This document shows positions 7,648 to 17,587 of a DNA stretch of 64,000 bases, one piece after another. The stretch is taken from positions 8,353-72,352 of the forward strand of contig JAZDGU010000004.1 of NCBI GenBank assembly GCA_043806595.1, in the 5' to 3' direction. Made by a program: the position numbers and the translations under genes. Positions within the stretch are counted from its first letter, which is position 1; every line of letters starts with the position of its first letter. Origin of the DNA: Candidatus Micrarchaeota archaeon. GTDB taxonomy: Archaea; Micrarchaeota; Micrarchaeia; Norongarragalinales; SBBD01. The notes beneath the pieces were generated by a model. That model was given only the letters and a program-made list of their open reading frames with translations. It searched no databases and was not told the DNA's origin.

Positions 7648-10600
7648 CTAGAGTTCCACCTTCCGCGGGCGGTTGCGGGCGAGCGCGGTTCCGGCAAGCG
7701 CGGCGAGGCCGACGGGGGCGAGCCATAGGTAGTCCGGCTGGTTGGATGGAACCGAGCGGGGGACGAGGCGGGCCGAGATTTCGGATGCGGCAAGGTAGGC
7801 GTCGAGATAAAGCTCCTGCGAGATGCCGGCGTCGATTGCCTCGAGGGCTAGCCTGTCCTCCTCGCCGCCGAACTGGCCTACGCGGCTACGCGCGATTTCC
7901 GCCTGATCCAGCGCCATCTCCCGGATTTCCGAGTTGTATGAGTAAAGCGCCGAGGAAGCGCCTTGCAGGGATGCGAGGAAACTCGAGATTCTTGCCGCAG
8001 ACTGCCTGCCCAGCACATCCGGGTCCTTCTCCACAGCATTCGCAACCGCATCGAGCTGCTTGAGTGCAGCCGAAGCCGACTTGAATTCCGCTGCTGCGGC
8101 TGCGGCAAGCGCGGGCTTGCCCGCCCTGGAGGACGAGAAGAAGCGGGAATATTCCTCAATGGCGGTCGAAAAATCCGTTCGCGAGGCCGAGAAGTTCTCC
8201 AGCAGTTCGGAGACCGCCTGCGTCGAATCGGGTGCGCCTTCCGCGCCGGCCGGGTTCCATGCGGCCGCGGATGCCGGCGCGCCTACAGCGTCGGACGCGG
8301 GCGGGGGCGTCGCAAGGATTGCGGGCTGCGCGCCCTCCATCGACGCAAGGGACTGTTCGACCTCGTAGGCGGCCTCGAGCGCCTCCTCCCAACGCGAATC
8401 CAAGGCAAGGCTCTTGGCGTCCGAGAGTTTGGCCTGAAGCGGGGAATCCGGCACGGACGCAAGGCGTTCATCGAGCTCGGCGAGCTTGAGCCGGAACGCA
8501 TCCTCGGAGAAGCCCGCGCATTCGACGGACAGCGCGACGGAACGGGCCTCGCCCTCGCGCCAGGCACCTGAAGAAAGCCTCGCCCAGAGCATTCCTCCGG
8601 CATGCCCGACCGACGCCTTCAGTTCTGGCGGGAAGGACGCATTCGCGGAAAGTATTTCGCACGGCAGGGAGTCGTCGAACCGGAGTTCCGCGGAGCCGAG
8701 GTCCGAAAAAACGTTCCGGTAGTGTAGCGCGTAATCGAACCGTACGGGCAGGCCGTAAACGGGAACCGTTGTCCGGGAGGCGGAATGCTCGAACGGGTTT
8801 GCGGAGAAGAATGTGATTTCCAGATCGGTCCTGCCGGATGCAGCGTCGAGGACCAGCTCCAGCCAGCCTTTGGAGAACGTATCGCCGTAGGGCGCGGAAG
8901 ACGACACGGAATAATTCGAGCCCGGGGGAGCCCGAATCCGGAACAGCACGGGCAGGGGCAACGAGGAGTCGATTGAAACGGAAACCGCCTTCTCGGCGGA
9001 ATCCAGCCCAGCGGCAGACGCGCGCTCATTCATTGCGACAATCCGCGACGGCACCGCGGAGAAGGCGATGGCGACGGAATAATCCGATTGGATTACGCCG
9101 GAGAAGACCGCGCGCAGGCCGCCCTGACCCGATTCAACGGAAAGTCCGGGGGAGGCGTTCACAACGCGGGCGTCGGAGGCGTTGAACGGAAGGGCGACAT
9201 AAAACTTTTCCGGGGACTCGAAGGGCAAGGAATTCCCGAATGAGACCCGGGCTTCAACGTCGGCCCGCGCCCCAGGCTCGGTGGGGACAGCTGAAAATTG
9301 GACGAGCATGCTCCCCTCCAGCTCGCCCTGGATAAGCCGGCCTTTGTCCTTCTCCACGCCTGCGCGCACTGACGAGAGAAAAACCCGCATCGGCTTGAGG
9401 CGCCCGACGGCCTGCAAAGGGTCCAACTTGCCGCCGTGGAAAAACCCGGAATAAGCGGAAAGTGCATCGCGCTCGCCCGCCGAAAGGAACGCCTCCGCGG
9501 CCTCGGCGAATGCGAAGTCGGATTCGACGGAAGCGAACTCCTCGAACGCAGCGCGCCGCAGGCCTTCCTCGATGCCCAACAGTTCTCCGGAAAGAACCCT
9601 GACCGCGGCGTAATTGCCCTCGGAAGGCTCGGACAGGCGGCCGAGTGCGGACGCAACGGTCGACAGCCTCTGCCGGAACGCGGTGACGTCGATGCCGTCC
9701 TTCTCCGCGCCGGCGAGAAGGCCGCCGAGGCGCTGCGCCGCGCCTTCCGCCTCGGAATGGGCGAAGGCATATGCGTCCTGCGCGCCGCATGCCTCGCGGA
9801 TCCTGCCGAGGAAGACCAGCTGGGCCAGCAGGTGCGTGATCCTCGCGCCCGCCGAATTCTTCGACGCGTATTCGACGCGCATCTTCCCGAAATCGGAGAG
9901 CATCGACTGGAGCACGGCATACGATACCGGCTCGCCGCGCCTGCCTTCGGCAAGGAGCCTCACTTCCGCTTCTTCCCTCGCGGACCTTCCCTCGAGCAGC
10001 ATGCGCGCCGAGGACGCCGACTCCATGAGCTCGCCCCCGCCGTCCGAAATTCCCTCGAGGATGGCGAGTGCGCGCCGGCGCAGGACCACGGCGCGGCCGA
10101 GGTAGCCGCGGCTCCTCGCCGAAAGCAAATCATCCGCCTGCCTGGCAACCAGCTTTGCGAGCGACCCGTCCTCCTCGAGTGCGCGCACCCCGTCCTTGAA
10201 GGAGACCGGCCCGCTTGAGGGCTCGAAGATGCCGCCGTAGATGTACGGATACGCCTCCTCCGGGATGTCGGCAAGCTCCTCCTGCTTGATGCGGGCGAGC
10301 ACTGCATCCGCGGCCAGCCGTGCCACCTCGAGTGCCTCGCCGAGGCTCCGGCTCGCCTGCCACATGCCGGTTATGGATTCGTCGATGCGGCGGGCAAGCG
10401 AAAAAGTGCACGCCAGCACGGAATTCGGGCCGGCGAGGTCCTGCAGCACCGACAAATTGGCGATGTTCGCGAGGTAGTCCTCGCTGAGGGCGCGGAGCTT
10501 TGACGAAGACGAGACCATCCTCTGCCCGAGGGAGGTGCCGTCCGACGACGAGGAAAGGAGATGGCGCTCGGTCTCCCTGATTTCGTTGCGCACGCCCTGG

Positions 10601-11037
10601 GCGAAGTCATCGGACTCGTCCTGCAGGGCCTCGAACTCCGCGAACCGCGAGTCAAGCGCCTCGAGTCCGGCGCGGGCAGCCGAGGACGCCTCGTTGAGCG
10701 CGTCGACGGCCAGGTAGTGGCAGCCGAGGACGACGAGCGGCCGCAGGTGCGGGGCGATGTGGAACACATCCTGCACGGATGCGAGCAGCTTAGCGTGCCG
10801 GAGGTGCGTGCGGGCGGAATCGTAGTGCGCAAGCGCCTTGGCGAAACCCGCGCCTTGCAGCACGGGCAGCCCATCGAGGTCCATCGCCGACACGTAGCGG
10901 CAATTCGAGGACAGCGAGGCGAGCTTGACGAAGGAGACGTGCACTTCCGGAAGAAGGTAGTTGTATTCCGAAAGCGATGAGGCGCCCGCGAGGAACGCGA
11001 GCAAAAGCGAGGCAAAGACGGCACGCAAGCGAATCAC
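7648..11037 (-). CDS. large secreted alpha/beta protein, N-terminal signal peptide and C-terminal TM anchor with basic tail (1129 aa)
   Basis: Signal-like N-terminus (MIRLRAVFASLLLAFLAGASS). Ala/Leu/Glu/Arg-rich helical halves flank a Ser/Val-rich beta region. C-terminus LAPVGLAALAGTALARNRPRKVEL. No Walker A motif. Translationally coupled to the TadC-like gene. Confidence 0.6.
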   Translation of the reverse strand: MIRLRAVFASLLLAFLAGASSLSEYNYLLPEVHVSFVKLASLSSNCRYVSAMDLDGLPVLQGAGFAKALAHYDSARTHLRHAKLLASVQDVFHIAPHLRPLVVLGCHYLAVDALNEASSAARAGLEALDSRFAEFEALQDESDDFAQGVRNEIRETERHLLSSSSDGTSLGQRMVSSSSKLRALSEDYLANIANLSVLQDLAGPNSVLACTFSLARRIDESITGMWQASRSLGEALEVARLAADAVLARIKQEELADIPEEAYPYIYGGIFEPSSGPVSFKDGVRALEEDGSLAKLVARQADDLLSARSRGYLGRAVVLRRRALAILEGISDGGGELMESASSARMLLEGRSAREEAEVRLLAEGRRGEPVSYAVLQSMLSDFGKMRVEYASKNSAGARITHLLAQLVFLGRIREACGAQDAYAFAHSEAEGAAQRLGGLLAGAEKDGIDVTAFRQRLSTVASALGRLSEPSEGNYAAVRVLSGELLGIEEGLRRAAFEEFASVESDFAFAEAAEAFLSAGERDALSAYSGFFHGGKLDPLQAVGRLKPMRVFLSSVRAGVEKDKGRLIQGELEGSMLVQFSAVPTEPGARADVEARVSFGNSLPFESPEKFYVALPFNASDARVVNASPGLSVESGQGGLRAVFSGVIQSDYSVAIAFSAVPSRIVAMNERASAAGLDSAEKAVSVSIDSSLPLPVLFRIRAPPGSNYSVSSSAPYGDTFSKGWLELVLDAASGRTDLEITFFSANPFEHSASRTTVPVYGLPVRFDYALHYRNVFSDLGSAELRFDDSLPCEILSANASFPPELKASVGHAGGMLWARLSSGAWREGEARSVALSVECAGFSEDAFRLKLAELDERLASVPDSPLQAKLSDAKSLALDSRWEEALEAAYEVEQSLASMEGAQPAILATPPPASDAVGAPASAAAWNPAGAEGAPDSTQAVSELLENFSASRTDFSTAIEEYSRFFSSSRAGKPALAAAAAAEFKSASAALKQLDAVANAVEKDPDVLGRQSAARISSFLASLQGASSALYSYNSEIREMALDQAEIARSRVGQFGGEEDRLALEAIDAGISQELYLDAYLAASEISARLVPRSVPSNQPDYLWLAPVGLAALAGTALARNRPRKVEL

Positions 11038-11080
11038 CCTACGCCCTTTGCCTCAAGGGGGTTTGGGGGGCTAGCAATTA

Positions 11081-11332
11081 TTAAATCGTTGCCGGGGGGT
11101 CTTCGGGAGGCTTGAATCCGGGTTCGGGCCCGAGGCCCTCAAGCTCGCTCGCGATGGCCGAGCGGGCGAACCCCTGCGATTCGCGCTCGCGGCGCGCCTC
11201 AAGCGCATCGTCGCGCTCGGCCTCGCGCCTGCCCTTCATGCGGTAGAACACGAGGACAAACGCGCCGACGACCAGGAGCAATACGGCCACCAGCCCGAGG
11301 ACTGCGAGAAGCCGCGCGCCGAATTCGTCCAT
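11081..11332 (-). CDS. small single-TM membrane protein
   Basis: 83 aa, TM helix LLAVLGLVAVLLLVVGAFVLVF then a charged tail. First gene of the pilus-like operon. Confidence 0.45.
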   Translation of the reverse strand: MDEFGARLLAVLGLVAVLLLVVGAFVLVFYRMKGRREAERDDALEARRERESQGFARSAIASELEGLGPEPGFKPPEDPPATI

Positions 11333-11337
11333 GAGCG

Positions 11338-11679
11338 CTATTTCCGCCTCTCCTTCTCTAGGACAACGGCAGTGCCGTAGGCGTAGATGTCAATCGTCGC
11401 CGGGAGGATCTGCGTGGAGTTCATCTGGACGCCGAGAACCGCATTCGCGCCGAGGAGCCTTGCCTGCTCAGCGAGGCCGTGCACGATGTCCTTGCGCGCC
11501 TCGTTCATCATGTGCCGGTACGCGTGCGACTCGCCGCCGGCGAGCGATTTCGTGACGGCTATGAGGTCGTGAGCGAAGCTCCTGCTTCTCGCCGTAGAGG
11601 TCCACACGAGGCCCTTGTGCTCGCTGACGCAGTAGCGCGGAACCTGGTGCAGCGTCGAAATGATTACCTTCTCTGGCAA
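11338..11679 (-). CDS. YbjQ/UPF0145 family protein
   Basis: 113 aa with GANAVLGVQMNSTQI ... AYGTAVV, typical of UPF0145. Confidence 0.7.
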   Translation of the reverse strand: MPEKVIISTLHQVPRYCVSEHKGLVWTSTARSRSFAHDLIAVTKSLAGGESHAYRHMMNEARKDIVHGLAEQARLLGANAVLGVQMNSTQILPATIDIYAYGTAVVLEKERRK

Positions 11680-11685
11680 GATTCC

Positions 11686-13074
11686 TCACCTTCTCAGGAA
11701 GCCCTCGGCGCGCAGGACGTATGCGCAGAGGCCTTCCGACAAACCCTTGTTTCTCCCGGCCGCCTTTAATATGCTTCCCCCGGAGAGGATGCGCGCCTTG
11801 GAAAACGGCTTGAGGAAGTGGGACGCGACGCCGAGGCTGCGCCCGCGGGCGCGCGCTCCGGCGAGGAACGACTCGGCGGAACCGCCGGAGGCCTCCTCGA
11901 CGAATACCCTCCCGCCCTCGACGTACGGCCCGCGCAGCACGCGGCCGTGGCTGGCGAGGAACTTCGAGACGTCCTTCTCCAGTGTCACCGGCGGGCCCGC
12001 GCGCCGCTTCAGCTTGGGCGCGGATGCGGATTCGAGCTCGAAGACGAGCGCGCACTCTGACCCCGTGCAGAACGAATGCGAGCCGAACACGCGGAAGCCC
12101 TCGAGCGCGAGGTGCCGCTCGAGCGAGCGCTGGGTGTGGCGCAGCTGGGGAACGAGGATGTCGGACACGATCCCCTTCGGCGAGGGCATGACCATGACGA
12201 CCATGTGCATGCGCCGGACAAGCGTCTTGGAGAGCAGCGCGCTGCTGCATGGAAGCCTCTTGGGGAAAAGCAGCTGCAGGGAAGGCCTTGCGAGGAACTC
12301 ACGAGCCAGCAGGATGAGACGCGAGAAGTTGGTCTCGCTGATTGCCGCTGCGGCATTGCGGTTGCAGTCGACGAAGTCCACGAGCACTAGGTGGTGCTGG
12401 AACTTCGCGCGCAAGGCGTCCTCCTCACCGTCGTAGGCGCCCTCGATGTCGAGAATCACCGGCGGAACCCATTTCGCGGCGCTCTGGAGGAGGCCGTGGA
12501 GCGAGCGGTAGTTGAGCACGAGATATTCGCAGACGAGGCCCGAGAAGCCCTCGACCTCGGCCTCGGCGCCATAAATCCCGTGCGACTTGAGCAGCTGCTT
12601 CAACAGACGCACGTCGCGCTTCTGTCTAGAGGAAAGGTGCTTCTGCAGGTAGAGCGCGTGCAGCGGCGTGCGGTCAACTGCGGAGGCGAGCGCCTCGTTC
12701 TCGACTATGCGGTAGCACGGGATGACCTCGACCTTGAAGCCCCGCACCACCGCCTGCAGGTACGGGTGCTCAGCGTAATGCATCTCCCAGTCGGGGTGCA
12801 CGGCGAGTGCCGCTCTCCGGGTTAGCTCGACTATCTCGTCGCGGCTGCGCTCCTTGGAGAAGGAAATGAACAAGTCTATGTCGCGGTCGCCGGCGATTCC
12901 CGTGTCGCGGGCGGCGCTGCCGACGAAATTGACCTCCGCATCCTTCGGGAGCCTGCTCGCGAGCCGCTTTGAGGCCTGCGAGGCGAACCTCTTCTCGGCC
13001 TTCAGCTCGGCTGCCGAGGGCGTGATGCGCCTGCTCGCCGCGGCGAAGACCTTCTCGCACTCCTTCTCCCCCAT
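11686..13074 (-). CDS. cca: CCA-adding enzyme (archaeal class I tRNA nucleotidyltransferase)
   Basis: 462 aa. GSAARDTGIAGDRDIDLFISF is the archaeal CCA-enzyme nucleotidyltransferase motif. Confidence 0.85.
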   Translation of the reverse strand: MGEKECEKVFAAASRRITPSAAELKAEKRFASQASKRLASRLPKDAEVNFVGSAARDTGIAGDRDIDLFISFSKERSRDEIVELTRRAALAVHPDWEMHYAEHPYLQAVVRGFKVEVIPCYRIVENEALASAVDRTPLHALYLQKHLSSRQKRDVRLLKQLLKSHGIYGAEAEVEGFSGLVCEYLVLNYRSLHGLLQSAAKWVPPVILDIEGAYDGEEDALRAKFQHHLVLVDFVDCNRNAAAAISETNFSRLILLAREFLARPSLQLLFPKRLPCSSALLSKTLVRRMHMVVMVMPSPKGIVSDILVPQLRHTQRSLERHLALEGFRVFGSHSFCTGSECALVFELESASAPKLKRRAGPPVTLEKDVSKFLASHGRVLRGPYVEGGRVFVEEASGGSAESFLAGARARGRSLGVASHFLKPFSKARILSGGSILKAAGRNKGLSEGLCAYVLRAEGFLRR

Positions 13075-13179
13075 GACGGGAATAACCGCGCCGGCGTTTA
13101 AAATGGTTTGTCGGAGGAGGCCCGGGGGAAAGTTAATAAATGCCGGAAAATACGGTAGAGATTACAAAATGGTGATCGC

Positions 13180-14535
13180 ATGAAAGCCCCCGCGTTGCTT
13201 CTGCTTGCCGTCATGGCCTCGTTCGCCACCGCGCTGCCCGACCTGGTTTCCAGCGTCTATGCTTCCAACTCGATGCCATACGTTGGCGACACCGTCACAG
13301 TCTTTACCACTACCAGCAACATCGGATCCGATTGGGCGTCGAGCTCGGTCACAAGCCTGTTCCACCGCTACGGGGGGGCGTTATTCAATGTCCCGCCGCT
13401 GGCCCCTGGCGCCAACATCACCAATACGTCCTCCTTTACGTGCAATGAGACCGGATTCTTCAACTTCTCCTCCTTCGCCGACTTCTATTTCAGCGTGTCG
13501 GAGTCCAACGAGAACAACAACTATAATACCTACTCGATTTTCTGCCAGCCGGCGCAGAACCAGACGCTGCCCGACCTGACGGCATCGATCGACTTTAGCA
13601 ACCAAAACCCGAGGGTCGGCGACACCGTCACGGTCCACGTCAAGACGCAGAACATCGGCGACGGCGCGGCGGGCACCAGCTGGACGTACGCCTGGGACCC
13701 GACGGCGTACATCCCATACATGTTCTTCGTACCGGGGCTTGCGCCGGGACAGGCCGCGGACAACAACTTCACGTTCACCTGCCCGTGGGCGGGCAACTTC
13801 GGGTTCAACGCCTCCGCCGACTTCAGGCACAATGTCGACGAGTCGAACGAGGGCAACAACTACGCCTTCGCCAATCTCTACTGCGCGCCCATCGTCACCG
13901 TGACCCCGCCGCCGGGGCCGGTAATCACCAACGTGAGGGCGGAGAACGTCACCGCCGTCTCCGCGGCCATCAGGTGGTTCACCGACGTGCTCTCGGACAG
14001 CCGCGTGGAATACGGGCTCGCGAGCGGGCAATACGGGTTCGCCGCCGGCAACCCGAATTACGTGACGTACCACGTGGTGCCGCTCAACGGGCTTCGGCCG
14101 TTGACGAAGTACTTCTTCCGCGTGAGGAGCTGCAACCGGGGGGGCTGCACTTACAGCCCGGAGTCCTCCTTCAAGACGAAGACGATGGCGGTGGAAATCG
14201 GGAAGAGCGACACGGGCTATGCCCTGCTCGCGCAGATGCTCAACACCAACCTCAACACCGAGCTCAATGAGCTAAAAGGCGTCGACGCGTCCGAGGCCGC
14301 CAAGTACGAGCCTGCGGCGCGCAGCCTCAACGAGCTCGCGGCGGTCAACCCTCCGGCCTCCATCGGCAGGCTGCAGCAGCTCCGCGCGATAATCGACGAC
14401 GCGAGGAAGAAGGCGAGCGGCACGAGGACTGCGCTGCTTGCGGTCGCACTCCTCGGCATCGCGGTGATTTCCACGTGGTACTTCTGGGGCAAGCGCAGGA
14501 CAAGGATGAGGATGCACAAGAAGCGCCGGCGCTGA
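13180..14535 (+). CDS. secreted surface protein with two CARDB domains, one fibronectin-III-like domain and a C-terminal TM anchor
   Basis: Signal peptide MKAPALLLLAVMASFATA. Two repeats of PDL ... GDTVTV ... QNIG ... ESNExNN (CARDB). FN3-like VTNVRAENVTAVSAAIRWFTD ... YFFRVRS. C-terminal TM plus KRRTRMRMHKKRRR. Confidence 0.75.
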   Translation: MKAPALLLLAVMASFATALPDLVSSVYASNSMPYVGDTVTVFTTTSNIGSDWASSSVTSLFHRYGGALFNVPPLAPGANITNTSSFTCNETGFFNFSSFADFYFSVSESNENNNYNTYSIFCQPAQNQTLPDLTASIDFSNQNPRVGDTVTVHVKTQNIGDGAAGTSWTYAWDPTAYIPYMFFVPGLAPGQAADNNFTFTCPWAGNFGFNASADFRHNVDESNEGNNYAFANLYCAPIVTVTPPPGPVITNVRAENVTAVSAAIRWFTDVLSDSRVEYGLASGQYGFAAGNPNYVTYHVVPLNGLRPLTKYFFRVRSCNRGGCTYSPESSFKTKTMAVEIGKSDTGYALLAQMLNTNLNTELNELKGVDASEAAKYEPAARSLNELAAVNPPASIGRLQQLRAIIDDARKKASGTRTALLAVALLGIAVISTWYFWGKRRTRMRMHKKRRR

Positions 14536-14559
14536 AATGAAGGCAGAAGCAACGCGGCC

Positions 14560-16674
14560 TTAGGCGGCATCCGTCTTTGATTGGCCGCTGCCGGCATCCT
14601 TGGCCGCGGCATTTCCGGAAGCCCCGCTGGAGTCCTTCTTCGCCCAGCCCGCCTTGCTCGGGCACGAGGGGAGCAGGCACATCTCGAACGGCTTGCGGCC
14701 CTTCCTCAGCACCTTCACCTGGGGAGTGCCGCACTGCGGGCACTGCGTCCCCTTGGGAAGGATTTTTGCCATGCGCGGCAGGGGGAAGGTGTTCCTGCAC
14801 GCGGGGTACTTGTTGCACGCCGCGAAGAAGCCGAACTTGGACTTCTTGATGACTATCTTGCCCTCCTTGCAGATGTTGCAAGAGCCGAGCACGTCCTCCT
14901 GGCGCTGGAACGTGTGGAGGCCAGAGGCGAGCGCCTTGCCGACGGTCTCCTCCTTGAGCTTGAAGCTCTTGAGGATCTTCGCGAGCGCCTCGCGGCCCTC
15001 GTCGACCACCTGCTTCCCGCCGTACTTGCCTTCCTGTATTGCGTCCATCTCCTCCTCGAACTGGCGAGTGAGCTGCTCGTCCATTATCTCCGGCACGTTC
15101 TTCTTCAGCGCGTCGAAGACGGACATGCCGAACGCAGTAACCTTGATGCTCTTCTTGTCCGAGAGGTAGCTGCGGCTGTAGAGGGTGTCGATGACGGCGG
15201 AGCGCGTGCTCTTCGTGCCGAGGTTCTGGCGCTCGAGCTCCTTGACTATGCTAGCCGGGGTGAACCGCTTCGGGGGCTGGGTCTGCTTCTCGCGCCTCTC
15301 GACCTTCTGCACGGCGGGCCTCTCGCCCTGCGCGAACGGCGGCAGCTGCACCTCCTCGAGGTGGACGTACGGCTGGTAGAACGCGAACCAGCCGCGCTCG
15401 ATGGTGCGCGTGCCTTCGGCAAGGAAGCCGTGCTTTACGGCGAGCAGCATGCGAACCTTCATGCTCTCGCGCAGCGCGTCCTCGGCGAAGCACGAGAGGA
15501 ACCTGCGGACGATGAGGTCGTAGAGCTTGGACTCCTCCGCGCCGGGCTTGCCGGGCTTCTGGCCCGTGGGGTATATGGCGACGTGCGCGCTGTCCTCCTT
15601 GCTGCCCTCCTTTGGCTTGAAGCGGCGCTTGAGGACGAGCTCGCCGGCAAGCGCGGAATACTGCGGGTTCTCGCCGATCTGCCGGATGACCTTCGCCAGG
15701 TTGAGCTTCTCGGGCAGTTTCTGCGAGGAAGTGCGGGGGTAGCTGATGAGCGCCTGCTCGTACAGGTTCTGCGAGATCTCGAGGGTCCTGGAGGGCGAGA
15801 AGCCGAAGTTCTTATATGCCTCGACCTGCAGCGTGGTGAGGTCGAACGGGTGCCCCGGCGGCTGGTGGAACTGCCTGACGTTGACTGAATCAATCTCCCC
15901 GGTCTTGCACGCCTTGCACTCCTCGAACACGCGCCCTGCCTCCTCACCGTCGAAGAACCTCTCCGCCTCGTGCAGGAACTCCACGCCCTTCGAGAACGCG
16001 GCAATCTGCCAATAAGTCTTCGGGAGAAACGCCGCAATCTCCTTCTCGCGCTTGGCGAGGATCGCGAGCGCGGGGCCCTGCACGCGGCCGATGCTCATGA
16101 CCTTGTACCTTCCGGCTGCCCGGAGGGACTGCATGAGGGCGCGGCTTGCGTTGATTCCCCAGAACCAGTCCATCATGTGCCTGGCCTCGCCTGCATCTAT
16201 GGAGGGCTGGTCCAGCTGGCCGCGGTTGTCGTACGCGTCCTGCAGCTCGTCTTCGGTGAGCGACGAGAAGAGCATGCGCTTGGCCGGCTTGCCCTTGGCC
16301 GCGAAGCGCATGATGTTTCCGCCGATGACCGACCCCTCGACATCAAAATCGCACGCGTTCACCACCTCGTCCGCGGATTTCGCGAGCTTCTTGATGGCGT
16401 CGAGGTATTTCTTGGTGAAGGCGCTGCCCTTGTCCTGCGCGCTGCTCTCCACCCACTCGATGTCGAACACGGGGTAGCTGGAGGTCCTCTTCTTCTCGGC
16501 GAGCGTGTAGACGTGGCCGACGGCGGGCGCGACGAGCACAGTGTTGCCGCCGCGCTCGAGCTCGAAATACGACACGCCTTGGGCGGCCGGCTTGCGCTTT
16601 GCGGACTTGGAGAGGGCGGCGGCTAGCTTTTCCGCGACGCGCGGCTTCTCCGTGATTACCAGAATCGTTGCCAT
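14560..16674 (-). CDS. topA: DNA topoisomerase I (type IA) with C-terminal zinc ribbons
   Basis: 704 aa with Toprim N-terminus (ILVITEKP), GRVQGPAL, and C-terminal CxxC pairs (CNICKEG ... CNKYPAC, CPQCG). Confidence 0.9.
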   Translation of the reverse strand: MATILVITEKPRVAEKLAAALSKSAKRKPAAQGVSYFELERGGNTVLVAPAVGHVYTLAEKKRTSSYPVFDIEWVESSAQDKGSAFTKKYLDAIKKLAKSADEVVNACDFDVEGSVIGGNIMRFAAKGKPAKRMLFSSLTEDELQDAYDNRGQLDQPSIDAGEARHMMDWFWGINASRALMQSLRAAGRYKVMSIGRVQGPALAILAKREKEIAAFLPKTYWQIAAFSKGVEFLHEAERFFDGEEAGRVFEECKACKTGEIDSVNVRQFHQPPGHPFDLTTLQVEAYKNFGFSPSRTLEISQNLYEQALISYPRTSSQKLPEKLNLAKVIRQIGENPQYSALAGELVLKRRFKPKEGSKEDSAHVAIYPTGQKPGKPGAEESKLYDLIVRRFLSCFAEDALRESMKVRMLLAVKHGFLAEGTRTIERGWFAFYQPYVHLEEVQLPPFAQGERPAVQKVERREKQTQPPKRFTPASIVKELERQNLGTKSTRSAVIDTLYSRSYLSDKKSIKVTAFGMSVFDALKKNVPEIMDEQLTRQFEEEMDAIQEGKYGGKQVVDEGREALAKILKSFKLKEETVGKALASGLHTFQRQEDVLGSCNICKEGKIVIKKSKFGFFAACNKYPACRNTFPLPRMAKILPKGTQCPQCGTPQVKVLRKGRKPFEMCLLPSCPSKAGWAKKDSSGASGNAAAKDAGSGQSKTDAA

Positions 16675-16761
16675 GGCCGCTCAGAGGGTTACAAGTGCTG
16701 GCCTGCCGGTATATAAACCATGCTGCCGCTCGGCTGGGGAAAACGCGGACGCGGGGGGGGC

Positions 16762-17490
16762 TCAGCGGAGGAGCGCGTATTTGCTGAGGAAGACCTGCGT
16801 CTTCAAGACCTCGAGGAACGGCAGCAGCACGACGGCGTTGACGAGCACCGCGAAATAGCGCGCCTGCCTGAAGCCCGGGAACTGCAGCGACACGTAGGAC
16901 ACGACAAGGAGGAGCACGGCGGACACCGCGATGAAGAAGACCACGTACGGGAGCTTGTAGTAGAGCATCGAGAGGCTGCGCTTGATGCTCGCGCCGATGC
17001 TCAGGTCCTCGAGCACCATCGCCTGCGGCACGAACAGCATGCCAAGCGCGAGCGCCAGCGACACCGCCATGCCGAGAGAGCCGGCCAGCCCGGCGTCGTA
17101 GAGCAGCAGGTTCGCGACGAGGGAAACCACGAACACGAACAGGAAGACCGTGAAGAGCGAGAGCGTGTGCGCCTCGATCTTCTCCTGCTCGTAGTGAGAG
17201 AGCTTGAGGAGAGTGCGCTGGCTCTTGATGACCATGTTGATGCCGACGAGCGCGAACGAGAAGAGCAGGAGGGAGACGAGGTAGGCGGCGATCGTGGCCG
17301 CGGCGTCTAGCACGGAGAGGTCGGAGCGGATGCTGCCGTAGCGCAGGAATATGCCGCCGAGCGCGACGAAGTTAGGCAGGAGCACGGAAAGCGGGAAGAC
17401 GAGCGCGAAGGGGAAGGCGAAGAAGGAGAGCATCTTGAGGTTGTGCCAATAGGACCTCGCGGACACCTCCAGCAGGCCGGCAAACGACAT
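16762..17490 (-). CDS. polytopic membrane protein
   Basis: Start moved to the internal ATG preceded by GGGGGGT SD (242 aa). About 6 TM segments. The ORF track starts at 17769. Confidence 0.5.
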   Translation of the reverse strand: MSFAGLLEVSARSYWHNLKMLSFFAFPFALVFPLSVLLPNFVALGGIFLRYGSIRSDLSVLDAAATIAAYLVSLLLFSFALVGINMVIKSQRTLLKLSHYEQEKIEAHTLSLFTVFLFVFVVSLVANLLLYDAGLAGSLGMAVSLALALGMLFVPQAMVLEDLSIGASIKRSLSMLYYKLPYVVFFIAVSAVLLLVVSYVSLQFPGFRQARYFAVLVNAVVLLPFLEVLKTQVFLSKYALLR

Positions 17491-17587
17491 TTGGTAACCC
17501 CCCCTGAAGGGTTTCTGCGCGCCGCGCTTAAAAATATTGTGATTCACTGCGGAAAAGGTAAAAAGCCCTCCGGCGCCAAACAAGGGC

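Noticed and set aside
8060-10980. Numerous 60-270-aa ORFs in other frames inside the 1129-aa gene
   Set aside because: All nested within or antisense to the long continuous ORF. Pro/Arg/Ser-rich junk.
14581-15888. 435-aa plus-strand ORF
   Set aside because: Antisense to topoisomerase I. Leu/Ala/Arg-rich and motif-free.
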